Assembly: GCA_036507075.1 (NCBI GenBank)
Contig: DASXQR010000181.1
Coordinates: forward strand, 1 to 15,890
Direction: 5' to 3'
Source: Acidobacteriota bacterium
GTDB taxonomy: Bacteria > Acidobacteriota > UBA6911 > JACQSX01
DNA: 15,890 nt
Shown piece after piece: positions 1 to 6,649 of this stretch. The position numbers and the translations under genes were made by a program. The notes below the pieces were generated by a model. It was given only the letters and a program-made list of their open reading frames with translations, was not told where the DNA came from and made no database searches. Within the stretch, counting starts at the first letter, position 1, and each line of letters starts with the position of its first letter.

Positions 1-253
1 GATGCGCCCGGACTACGTGGAAGCGCACATCAACATGGGTATCGATCTTGCGGGCGCAGGAAGAATTCAGGAAGCCCTGGAAGAATTCCAGCAGGCTGCG
101 CGCATTAATCCAAATTCGGCTGAAGCTCACTACAATCTGGCGAAGGCCTATGCGTTGACCGGCAAGCGCCCGGAGGCCTTGCGGGAATTCCAGGTGGTGC
201 AGGCGCTGAATCCCGGCCTTGCCGCGCGGCTTCATGAGATAACCGGAAAATAG
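1..253 (+). CDS. Tetratricopeptide-repeat protein, C-terminal part (5' end outside window)
   Basis: Two TPR-like units (PDYVEAHINMGIDLAGAGRIQEALEEFQQAARINP; NSAEAHYNLAKAYALTGKRPEALREFQVVQALNP); stop TAG at 251-253. Confidence 0.85.
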   Translation, partial: MRPDYVEAHINMGIDLAGAGRIQEALEEFQQAARINPNSAEAHYNLAKAYALTGKRPEALREFQVVQALNPGLAARLHEITGK

Positions 254-283
254 GAGAGTCTGCTAAGAACTTTTTCACCACGG

Positions 284-346
284 AGGCTCAACGCAGCCGT
301 AGGCCGCAACCAAACAAAAGCCGAGGACGGCCACGTGCACGTGCAC
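284..346 (+). repeat. Dispersed post-stop-codon repeat, copy 1 (core CAACCAAA...GAGGACGGCCAC)
   Basis: aggctcaacgcagccgtaggccgcaaccaaacaaaagccgaggacggccacgtgcacgtgcac aligns by eye with the reverse complements of 9353-9416 and 2692-2724. Confidence 0.8.
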
Positions 347-511
347 GTCAACAATAGACGTCAACGACCACCTCCACGCTCACGAAAAAAGTCGCAATTC
401 GGCCTTAAGTTGACCAAGATGTTCAAGCTCTGAGCCCTTCAACCAGCATTTGAACGTACCCTGGTGGACATTGACGTGCACGTGGGCGTAGACCTTAAAC
501 GTGGACGTTGA
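332..511. repeat. Degenerate hexamer array (CACGTG/CACGTC/GACGTC-like) with an inverted partner array
   Basis: Left arm cacgtgcacgtgcacgtcaacaatagacgtcaacgaccacctccacgctcacg (332-384); right arm gtggacattgacgtgcacgtgggcgtagaccttaaacgtggacgttgag (about 464-512); lies between convergent genes. Confidence 0.65.
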
Positions 512-598
512 GGTAATCGGTTTTTGTCTTTTCTGAAATCGCGCCGCTGATTTTTTCAAGGGTTCTCATACCCCCAGGCAGTCACAACCCGGGCAGTA

Positions 599-985
599 TT
601 AGCCCAAGCCGAAGGCAGAAACTCCCAACGCCCCCGCGTAGATGAGCAGCAGTGAGCCCGGGATCATGAATTCCCAGTAGCGTTCCACCGACACGCGGGA
701 TAGCATTCGAAGCCCGAAGCGCGGGAACATAAAGTAAATCAGACCTTTCAGCACCCACGCCCATCCGATCAATGTCAGCACCGCCGCAAGGCCGCTCCAC
801 TTATTGTGGAATGCGACGATGAGCGCTCCCATCGGCAGGTGCAGGAAAGCGACAAAAAAGCTGGCTACCTCGTCTTTTTCGCGAAGCTTTACAAAGAACT
901 CAGACCAGCTACGTGGACGAACCAAATGAGACAATGCAATCACAATCAGGTAAATGGCCGCGAATTTTTGAATTGCTGTTTCTAT
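599..985 (-). CDS. Small integral membrane protein (about 4 TM helices), function unknown; start is probably ATA at 985 (first canonical alternative GTG at 943)
   Basis: Hydrophobic segments (FFVAFLHLPMGALIVAFHN, LAAVLTLIGWAWVLKGLIYFMFP, FMIPGSLLLIYAGALGVSAF). The frame stays open upstream of 943 (IETAIQKFAAIYLIV) to an ATA preceded by GAGGA at 6 nt. Confidence 0.75.
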   Translation of the reverse strand: METAIQKFAAIYLIVIALSHLVRPRSWSEFFVKLREKDEVASFFVAFLHLPMGALIVAFHNKWSGLAAVLTLIGWAWVLKGLIYFMFPRFGLRMLSRVSVERYWEFMIPGSLLLIYAGALGVSAFGLG

Positions 986-1066
986 ACGATGTCCTCTTGG
1001 TTCTTTCGCGCCCTAACTGGCGCAACCGGAAAGGCTTGTTGCCCGAATGATCCAGAATGCTGGTTC

Positions 1067-1102
1067 GGGAGGCGGCCCTCAGGCCATCTCTCCGCCCCCA
1101 GA
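1067..1102 (+). repeat. REP-like palindrome copy (GGCCCTCAGGCCRTCTCTCC family)
   Basis: gggaggcggccctcaggccatctctccgcccccaga matches 7850-7882 (+) and 7795-7828 (-). Confidence 0.75.
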
Positions 1103-1105
1103 ATA

Positions 1106-1148
1106 TTTGAATAATCAAAATATATTATTTGATTGATCAAATTGTCAA
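1106..1148 (-). promoter_or_regulatory. Sigma70-type promoter (TTGACA-N18-TATATT) overlapped by two palindromic operators TTTGA-N4-TCAAA
   Basis: Minus-strand -35 TTGACA at 1148-1143 and -10 TATATT at 1124-1119. Palindromes tttgattgatcaaa (1128-1141) and tttgaataatcaaa (1106-1119) lie 22 bp apart in an AT-rich island. Confidence 0.7.
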
Positions 1149-1247
1149 GTTGTTTCTTTGCCGGCGGTTGGGTGGCAGCGTTACTAGAGGGGGTGAAGCT
1201 TGGTCGGTATCCACTAAAACTCTTAGCTTTCTTCGCGATGGTTTCGG

Positions 1248-2393
1248 CTAAGGTTTGGCGAAGCGGGAATCCTCGATCGGAACGTTGCTGATTACTTCAC
1301 TGTACTTGAGCGTGAAATCACCGCGAGGTTCCGGCCCGTTAGCTTTGATCTCGAAGGGAAGCTTGATCCCGTTCACGTCGCGGTAGTCGCCAAAATCGAT
1401 TTGCTCGATCCAGGGGCCGATCACCGTGTCGGCTCTGGATCTCCGGCGCAGCAGCAAACCATTGTCGGCGTCAAAATAGAGCAGCTCAAATCTGGCAGGA
1501 TCGATCGGCATGCGCAACACGTAAGCCTCCCGATCTCCCACCTTTTCTTTTCGTACCACGCTAAGATCGGCCGTTTTTTCCAGCAGTTTCGCAGCCCAAT
1601 AAAAGTCGGCAAGCCTCTGGAGCTGGGCGATCTCCACGGGTTGCGCGTCCCGAACTCCCTGAGCAGTTTTGACCCAGCCGCGAGCCCCGTCCACGGCCCG
1701 CACCATGGTGCCCTGGCGCAAAGTAACACTGATCAACAATTTATCCGGCGGCTTTTGATTCACCTCGACCGGAAAGGAATTGCCTTGCGGGTCGAGCATT
1801 GTGCCCCTGCAACTGCGAGGGCCGGCCTTCAGCAGCGCCGCCTTACTGCCCGCTGCATCCTGAAACTTCTTGAGAATTTCAGCCGTTGAGGGGAGCGCTT
1901 CCGTTCCCCTTGTGGAAGCCGCGGCGGAAACAGAACGAGGCTCAAACGGAAGCGGGACGGCAGAAACAGGATGGGTACCGCCTTGGTGGCATGTGAAACA
2001 ACTTACTTCTGTCTTACCGTTGAACGTGCTCCGGTTTATTTCGCGCGTCATGCGAATCATCTGTCGCGTGACCTGTTTTTCCTTCTTGTCATCTTTATCA
2101 AAGGCCCAATTGTTCCCTTCGCGCACGTGGCAGTGGGCACACTCGACTCCGAGAGACGCGTTCATCAAATGCATTACAGGGATAAGCTGGGAATCGGGCA
2201 ATCCCTGCAGCACCTGGATATTCTTTCTCACCTGCTCCGCCGGCTTATCCGAAGAAGGAGGAGGAGCGCCGGAGGGCTGCGATTGGGCACGCCCGGTCTG
2301 CGTTGCTACGATGATAGTGCCTGGCTCAGCCGCGTACAGCGAGCAGCAAACCAATACGACTGCAGCAATGACGATGTATCTGGTAACGCGCAT
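1248..2393 (-). CDS. Secreted di-haem c-type cytochrome (photosynthetic reaction-centre cytochrome c/PufC-like domain) fused to a beta-rich, probably LolA-like C-terminal domain
   Basis: Signal peptide MRVTRYIVIAAVVLVCCSLYA after purine-rich RBS GAAGGGGGAAAG. Two CxxCH motifs (CAHCH, CFTCH), each preceded by Met-containing helices (KNIQVL...VMHLMNASLGVECAHCH; RQMIRMTREIN...VSCFTCHQG) as in PufC repeats. C-terminus LYFDADNGLLLR...FGDYRDVNGIKLPF. Confidence 0.8.
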   Translation of the reverse strand: MRVTRYIVIAAVVLVCCSLYAAEPGTIIVATQTGRAQSQPSGAPPPSSDKPAEQVRKNIQVLQGLPDSQLIPVMHLMNASLGVECAHCHVREGNNWAFDKDDKKEKQVTRQMIRMTREINRSTFNGKTEVSCFTCHQGGTHPVSAVPLPFEPRSVSAAASTRGTEALPSTAEILKKFQDAAGSKAALLKAGPRSCRGTMLDPQGNSFPVEVNQKPPDKLLISVTLRQGTMVRAVDGARGWVKTAQGVRDAQPVEIAQLQRLADFYWAAKLLEKTADLSVVRKEKVGDREAYVLRMPIDPARFELLYFDADNGLLLRRRSRADTVIGPWIEQIDFGDYRDVNGIKLPFEIKANGPEPRGDFTLKYSEVISNVPIEDSRFAKP

Positions 2394-2474
2394 CTTTCCC
2401 CCTTCGAAGCCCTGTGCCCTCTGTGTAACAAGTTGGCAACTTCTTGTTTTTTCAACTGCGATTTTTTCTTCGTT

Positions 2475-2657
2475 GGGCGTGTTGCCCGAATCGAAGCCGG
2501 CCGTAGACGGACACGTTACATTCACCGCAGAGCCGCAAAGAACGCCGAGTTTCCGCAGAGTTTTATCACAACCTCAGCGAAACTTGGCGTTCTCGGCGGC
2601 TCTGCGGTGAAAACAATGTAGCCGTCTCCATTCTGTTCCGATTTGGGCAACACGCCC
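2475..2657. repeat. Nested inverted-repeat element (MITE/REPIN-like)
   Basis: Outer IR gggcgtgttgcccgaatcg (2475-2493) / cgatttgggcaacacgccc (2639-2657), 18/19 match. Inner IR 2521-2552 / 2580-2611, 29/32 match, built of about 9-mer CCGCAGAG-like units. Confidence 0.8.
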
Positions 2658-2691
2658 TTCTTCTTGTAATCCTGAAGCTAATTTGGACAGG

Positions 2692-2724
2692 CGTGACGTG
2701 CGCGTGGCCGTCCTCGGCCTTTTT
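2692..2724 (-). repeat. Dispersed post-stop-codon repeat, copy 2 (partial)
   Basis: Reverse complement aaaaaggccgaggacggccacgcgcacgtcacg matches about 316-347. Confidence 0.7.
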
Positions 2725-2770
2725 TTGCTGCTCTTTTCCAAATCAACGCTTGTCCTGACCGCTGCGCGCA

Positions 2771-4156
2771 TTACTCAAGCTCCCGGCGCAAAATTACCCA
2801 GCGGTTACGCAGTTGAGTAAGGACCTTTTCATACCCCGGCGTCCCCGCAACGTTGTGTTCTTCCTGCGGGTCCCAGCGAAGATCGTAGAGCTCTTCCGCG
2901 ACGGGCTCGACATCCATCCAGCGCAGGTATTTCCACCTCTCGGTGCGCACGCCTTCGCTGGGGGGAATGATTTTGGGCAGGGTATGATGTTCATAAAACC
3001 AATCGGTGCGCCAGCGGAGTCGCCGCCCGCCGATCAGCGGCCGCAGGCTTCTGCCCTGCATGGAAGGCGACACGGCAACTCCGGCGTAATCGAGAAATGT
3101 GGGAGCAAAATCAATGTTGAGCGTCATCTCTTTGATCCTGCTTCCCCGAGATCGCGCCGGCTGCGTGGGATCGAACACAATCAGCGGCACACGGATTGAA
3201 GGCTCATACATCAGCCATTTGTCGGCCATGCCGCGCTCGCCCAGAAAAAAACCGTTGTCGGACGAGAATACCACCAGGGTTTTGTCGCCTACATCCAAGG
3301 CTCGCAGCGCATTGAGAACTCGTCCCACCTCGCGGTCCATTCCCGTTATCAGCCGGTAATAATCACGGGCGGTTCGCTGAAATATGTCCGGATCGGCGAA
3401 ACGGCGCGCCCACCGCGTGCGACCTTCAGACTCCTGGACGAACTTCGGCAAGAGCTGAAAAAAAGATTCATTTGCCGTTCGCGGTACCGGAATGGAAGCA
3501 TCCGTGTAGAGTGTCTCGTCACGCGGGTCGGGAGGAAATTCGCGGAGCGCGTTGTCCTGAGCATGAGGAGCTTTAAAGCTGACCGACAGGCAGAAAGGTC
3601 GGGAGCGATCCCCGTTCAGAAATTCCAACGCCTGGTCTCCCATCTTCCTGGTCAGGTGGGTGGAGTCGTTTTTTTCAAAATAGCTGCCCTGACCGGGAAA
3701 ACCGCGCCAGTAGTCGAATTGACCGGCCGGCATTGTTTTCCCAACGCCGTATTTGCCGATGAACCCGGTGCGATAACCGGCGGCCCGAAGTAATGCCGCA
3801 TATGTTTGCGCAAAAGCAGCAGCAGGAAAATCCGAATCAAAATCACCGATGCGGTGGCGGCGCGCGTATTGACCGGAGAGAATGCTGGCGCGACTGACCG
3901 CGCAGATCGCGGTGGTTACGAAATGATTTTCAAACAGAGTGCCGCGCGTGGAGAGCGCGTCCAGGTTGGGGGTCTGGATGACCCTGTCGCCCGTGCAACC
4001 GAGCGTGTTCCAGCGCAAATCATCCGCCAGCAGAAAAACGATATTCATGCGCTCGGATGTCGAGGTTTCCACCGGCGAACCTTGACCGGCAAGGAACAAC
4101 AGCAGGATTGCAATAGTCACGATGAGTGTCTTCTGCACAATGGGAGACTGTTTCAT
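2771..4156 (-). CDS. Secreted sulfatase (formylglycine-dependent, S1 family)
   Basis: NIVFLLADD, TPNLDAL, Cys-type signature ICAVSRASILSG (CxxxR), GYRTGFIGK, KAPH, SSDNG, KWLMYEPSIRVPL, NIDFAPT, ELYDL. Signal-like N-terminus from MKQSPIVQK; the longer ORF start at 4318 runs through repeat DNA. Confidence 0.93.
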   Translation of the reverse strand: MKQSPIVQKTLIVTIAILLLFLAGQGSPVETSTSERMNIVFLLADDLRWNTLGCTGDRVIQTPNLDALSTRGTLFENHFVTTAICAVSRASILSGQYARRHRIGDFDSDFPAAAFAQTYAALLRAAGYRTGFIGKYGVGKTMPAGQFDYWRGFPGQGSYFEKNDSTHLTRKMGDQALEFLNGDRSRPFCLSVSFKAPHAQDNALREFPPDPRDETLYTDASIPVPRTANESFFQLLPKFVQESEGRTRWARRFADPDIFQRTARDYYRLITGMDREVGRVLNALRALDVGDKTLVVFSSDNGFFLGERGMADKWLMYEPSIRVPLIVFDPTQPARSRGSRIKEMTLNIDFAPTFLDYAGVAVSPSMQGRSLRPLIGGRRLRWRTDWFYEHHTLPKIIPPSEGVRTERWKYLRWMDVEPVAEELYDLRWDPQEEHNVAGTPGYEKVLTQLRNRWVILRRELE

Positions 4157-4197
4157 ATGTTCAGTAAAGCTTATCAGATGCCAGGAGTCAGAAAAGC

Positions 4198-4285
4198 TTG
4201 AACCGCGAAGGCGCGAAGGGCGCGAAATCAATGAGACCCAATGGGCAGCAAGATGAAAAGTTGGCTTGGTGCCTTGGTGGTTCAA
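4198..4285. repeat. Periodic inverted repeat (CGCGAAGG-type units)
   Basis: ttgaaccgcgaaggcgcgaag (4198-4218) / cttggtgccttggtggttcaa (4265-4285), 17/21 match. Confidence 0.65.
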
Positions 4286-4324
4286 TCTTCCTTGACCGCC
4301 AAAGCACCCAGCTCGCAAGTTTCA

Positions 4325-5353
4325 TTACCATGCCGCGTACCGCAGGCCCAGGTTGATAATCCGCTCAAGCAGGCGCTTGTATTTGATACCGGAATGTGCG
4401 GCTGCGGCGGCGAAATCTTCTTCGGCGGCGATGTCGGGGTTGGGGTTTGCTTCCAAAAGATAAAGCTTGCCGTCTTCGGTGACACGGTAATCGATGCGCG
4501 CGTACCCGCTCAGGCTGAGCAGACGGTAAACACGCTTTGAGGTGTGTTCAATTTTTCTTCTCAGTTCCGGACCGAGCTTGGCAGCCTGGGTAATCACGCC
4601 AACTCTTTGCTGATAGGCGCGGTTCCACTTGATCCTGCCGGTTGCGATGTTGCACGACCCTTCCGGCAGGTTGGAAATCACCAGTTCCCAGGGAGTGAAT
4701 GTCTGCAGCCGCTGGTTGCCCATCACGGCAACGTAAATCTCCCTGCCTTCTATGTATTGCTCGGCAATCGCGGAGGTTCCGATTCGCCTGTGAATGAACT
4801 CCACTCTTTCCACCAGCTTCTCATCATCATGCACAATGGAAGCCTGTGAAATGCCGGTGGAGCCTTCTTCGATCAGCGATTTGACCAGCAGGGGGAACTT
4901 CAGTTTTTTCGGGCGGCGCACGCGGCGGTTCAGGGGGAACACCACGAATCCGGGCACCGAGATTCGATGATAAGCAAGGATTTGCTTGGTGAGGGCCTTG
5001 TCATGCGCCAGTGTCAACCCGCGAGGATTGCAGCCCGTGTAAGGCTGGCGCACCAACTCGAGAAAGCTGACCACATGCTGGTCATAGAGCGCGTCCCCGT
5101 GAAACTCTTCCAGCACATTAAAAGCGACGTGCGGCTTGGCTTCCTCCAGCGCCGTCCGAATCACGCCCAGATCACTGTACAAACCGATCGGCATCACTTC
5201 ATGACCCATGCTGCGAAGTGTGGAGATCACATCCCATTCGGTTCGCCACGGCTGGATCTCCTCCGGAGTGAGGCCCTCAATCGAATCGGGAGGCACCAGC
5301 CCCTTGCGCACCAAAACAACGACGCGAAATTTCTGTTTCCGTTTGGACTTCAT
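4325..5353 (-). CDS. ATP-grasp ligase of the D-alanine--D-alanine ligase-like family (non-canonical)
   Basis: PYTGC...LAHDKALTK, FPLLVKS..EEGSTGI, AEQYIEGREIYV, GYARIDYR, LEANPNPD. Lacks the canonical Ddl GGxSxE and LHGxxGEDG motifs. Confidence 0.88.
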   Translation of the reverse strand: MKSKRKQKFRVVVLVRKGLVPPDSIEGLTPEEIQPWRTEWDVISTLRSMGHEVMPIGLYSDLGVIRTALEEAKPHVAFNVLEEFHGDALYDQHVVSFLELVRQPYTGCNPRGLTLAHDKALTKQILAYHRISVPGFVVFPLNRRVRRPKKLKFPLLVKSLIEEGSTGISQASIVHDDEKLVERVEFIHRRIGTSAIAEQYIEGREIYVAVMGNQRLQTFTPWELVISNLPEGSCNIATGRIKWNRAYQQRVGVITQAAKLGPELRRKIEHTSKRVYRLLSLSGYARIDYRVTEDGKLYLLEANPNPDIAAEEDFAAAAAHSGIKYKRLLERIINLGLRYAAW

Positions 5354-6369
5354 ACGGCAATGCGGTGATAGCCCGAGTAAACGACGTTCATCGTCTGCAC
5401 CGTCAACATGATCATCAAATTCTGCCTGGCAAGGTTCTCACGCGTGCTCAGTCGCAACTTCAGTTCTTTGCAACGCTCGATCATCAGTTCGAGCAGGTGG
5501 TTAATGGCATAATGATGCACCCCGGTACCCTCTGCTACCATGTGACACAACTCACTCCGAATGCCGCGAAGAAAGACAGCGGCGGTCGGACGCGACATAT
5601 AACGCGGGTCAGGAGAAAAAATTCGGAGCAGATCCCGATCGTAATAGGCAGGCCATTCAAAGGCGTAGTGTTGCCTTTTGCGCCTGTAATGTTCACGCAG
5701 GGTCCTGTAAAGCGTGGAGAGCGGATCCACTTTTGCTCTCAGCTTGTTTTGAGCGGGGCTCTTCGAAACTTCGCGCATAAGCTCGTCGATGTAAGCCAGC
5801 TTTCGCATCGCCGGCCAACCGTGATACTTAACTCTCCAGGCAGAGCGCGGCGTAAGCCAGACCGCAAAGGTCTCCGCGTAGTCTTCAGCGGGATGGGCCT
5901 GGGCGTACCAGGCTTTCAAGTGAAGCACGTAGCTGCGGCTGTTTGGCTTCGGCTTATAGGATTGCGGGTACGGACGGGCAAAGGAACCGAACAATTCCCG
6001 CCATCGCCGGCGAAAATGAAGGCGGTACGCCGTATCCAATGCATGTCCCGCTTCATGGCGCATGATCCGCATGCACTCGGTGTCTGTGCCGCCCTCCACT
6101 TCGAGCATCTGTCTGCGTTCCAGTTGCATCAGCCTGGGGTGCGCCAGGTAAAAGGGAATGGCAAAACCGGGAACACCGTCCGGCGCAAACCATTCTTCTG
6201 AAAGCCAGACGTGAGGCTTGAAACGAATGCCACGCGCGTCCAGCTCGGCGTAAAGGCTCTCGACGCGATGTTCGAGCACCGTGCCTTTGATCCGAAGGCG
6301 CAGCTTATAAAAAGGAAGGTCGAGCAACTTCTCGTCGCTCAGGCGGTGCCAGTCAGAATCAGGGCTCAT
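5350..6369 (-). CDS. Putative zinc-binding metallopeptidase (zincin; Peptidase_Mx-like)
   Basis: HEAGH zinc motif plus downstream YAQAHPAEDYAETF; EWFAPDGVPGFAIPFYLAHPRL; its TGA overlaps the ATG of the ATP-grasp gene (ATGA at 5353-5350). Confidence 0.85.
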   Translation of the reverse strand: MSPDSDWHRLSDEKLLDLPFYKLRLRIKGTVLEHRVESLYAELDARGIRFKPHVWLSEEWFAPDGVPGFAIPFYLAHPRLMQLERRQMLEVEGGTDTECMRIMRHEAGHALDTAYRLHFRRRWRELFGSFARPYPQSYKPKPNSRSYVLHLKAWYAQAHPAEDYAETFAVWLTPRSAWRVKYHGWPAMRKLAYIDELMREVSKSPAQNKLRAKVDPLSTLYRTLREHYRRKRQHYAFEWPAYYDRDLLRIFSPDPRYMSRPTAAVFLRGIRSELCHMVAEGTGVHHYAINHLLELMIERCKELKLRLSTRENLARQNLMIMLTVQTMNVVYSGYHRIAV

Positions 6370-6407
6370 CAATTTGAGTTGTCAGATTCGAAGATCAAAA
6401 ATTCAAA

Positions 6408-6436
6408 ATTATAAAGTTGCAATCGCAATTATTCAG
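6408..6436 (-). promoter_or_regulatory. Possible sigma70 promoter for the peptidase/ATP-grasp operon
   Basis: Perfect TATAAT on the minus strand at 6413-6408, about 40 nt upstream of the ATG; weak -35 (CTGAAT at 17-bp spacing). Confidence 0.35.
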
Positions 6437-6573
6437 GAAAAATCGTAACCTGGAAGGATTTGATGGACTCAAACGTGCGACTCGGTCCGAATCAATACGC
6501 GCTCGGGCCTGTCAACATCAAGGCGAGAATTCCCATTCCCGGCAGCGGCGGCGTCCCGATCGTAGTGGGTTGA
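6430..6573 (+). pseudogene. Orphan coding fragment, probably the 3' remnant of a Gfo/Idh/MocA oxidoreductase (alternatively a 36-aa sORF from ATG 6463)
   Basis: Reads YSGKIVTWKDLMDSNVRLGPNQYALGPVNIKARIPIPGSGGVPIVVG-stop, with an in-frame TAA upstream at 6412-6414. From recall it resembles the YxGK.VTW..(M)M.S...LGP..Y..GP......PxPG tail of Gfo/Idh/MocA proteins. Confidence 0.55.
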
Positions 6574-6574
6574 G

Positions 6575-6648
6575 CACGAATTACACGAATTTCACGAATT
6601 TTTTGTTTATGACTTCGTGGAATTCGTGTTAATTCGTGAAAATTCGTG
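6575..6648. repeat. CACGAATT tandem array with inverted AATTCGTG array (hairpin)
   Basis: CACGAATT at 6575, 6584, 6593 (period 9); AATTCGTG at 6621, 6631, 6641 (period 10) plus a partial TTCGTG at 6614; fills the gap between two convergent stop codons. Confidence 0.88.
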
Positions 6649-6649
6649 A

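Noticed and set aside
1128..1141. FNR-type binding site
   Set aside because: The TTGAT and ATCAA arms are separated by 2 bp rather than the required 4.
1248..2393. Evidence of phototrophy (pufC)
   Set aside because: Only two haem motifs, an extra fused domain and no photosynthesis genes in the window.
1870..2621. Long plus-strand ORFs (246 and 216 aa)
   Set aside because: Antisense shadows of the cytochrome gene and repeat DNA; no recognisable motifs.
4157..4318. N-terminal extension of the sulfatase ORF (likewise 2394-2525 and 9228-9440 for other genes)
   Set aside because: The extensions translate intergenic repeat DNA and precede the signal peptides; downstream starts fit better.
4325..5353. 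Calling this gene ddl or a van resistance ligase
   Set aside because: D-Ala-site motifs are absent and there is no mur or van context, so the symbol is withheld.
5365..6201. 278-aa plus-strand ORF
   Set aside because: Antisense to the well-supported metallopeptidase gene.
6417..6632. 71-aa ORF in the provided track
   Set aside because: Low-quality translation running through the CACGAATT repeat; the overlapping frame at 6430-6573 is more protein-like.
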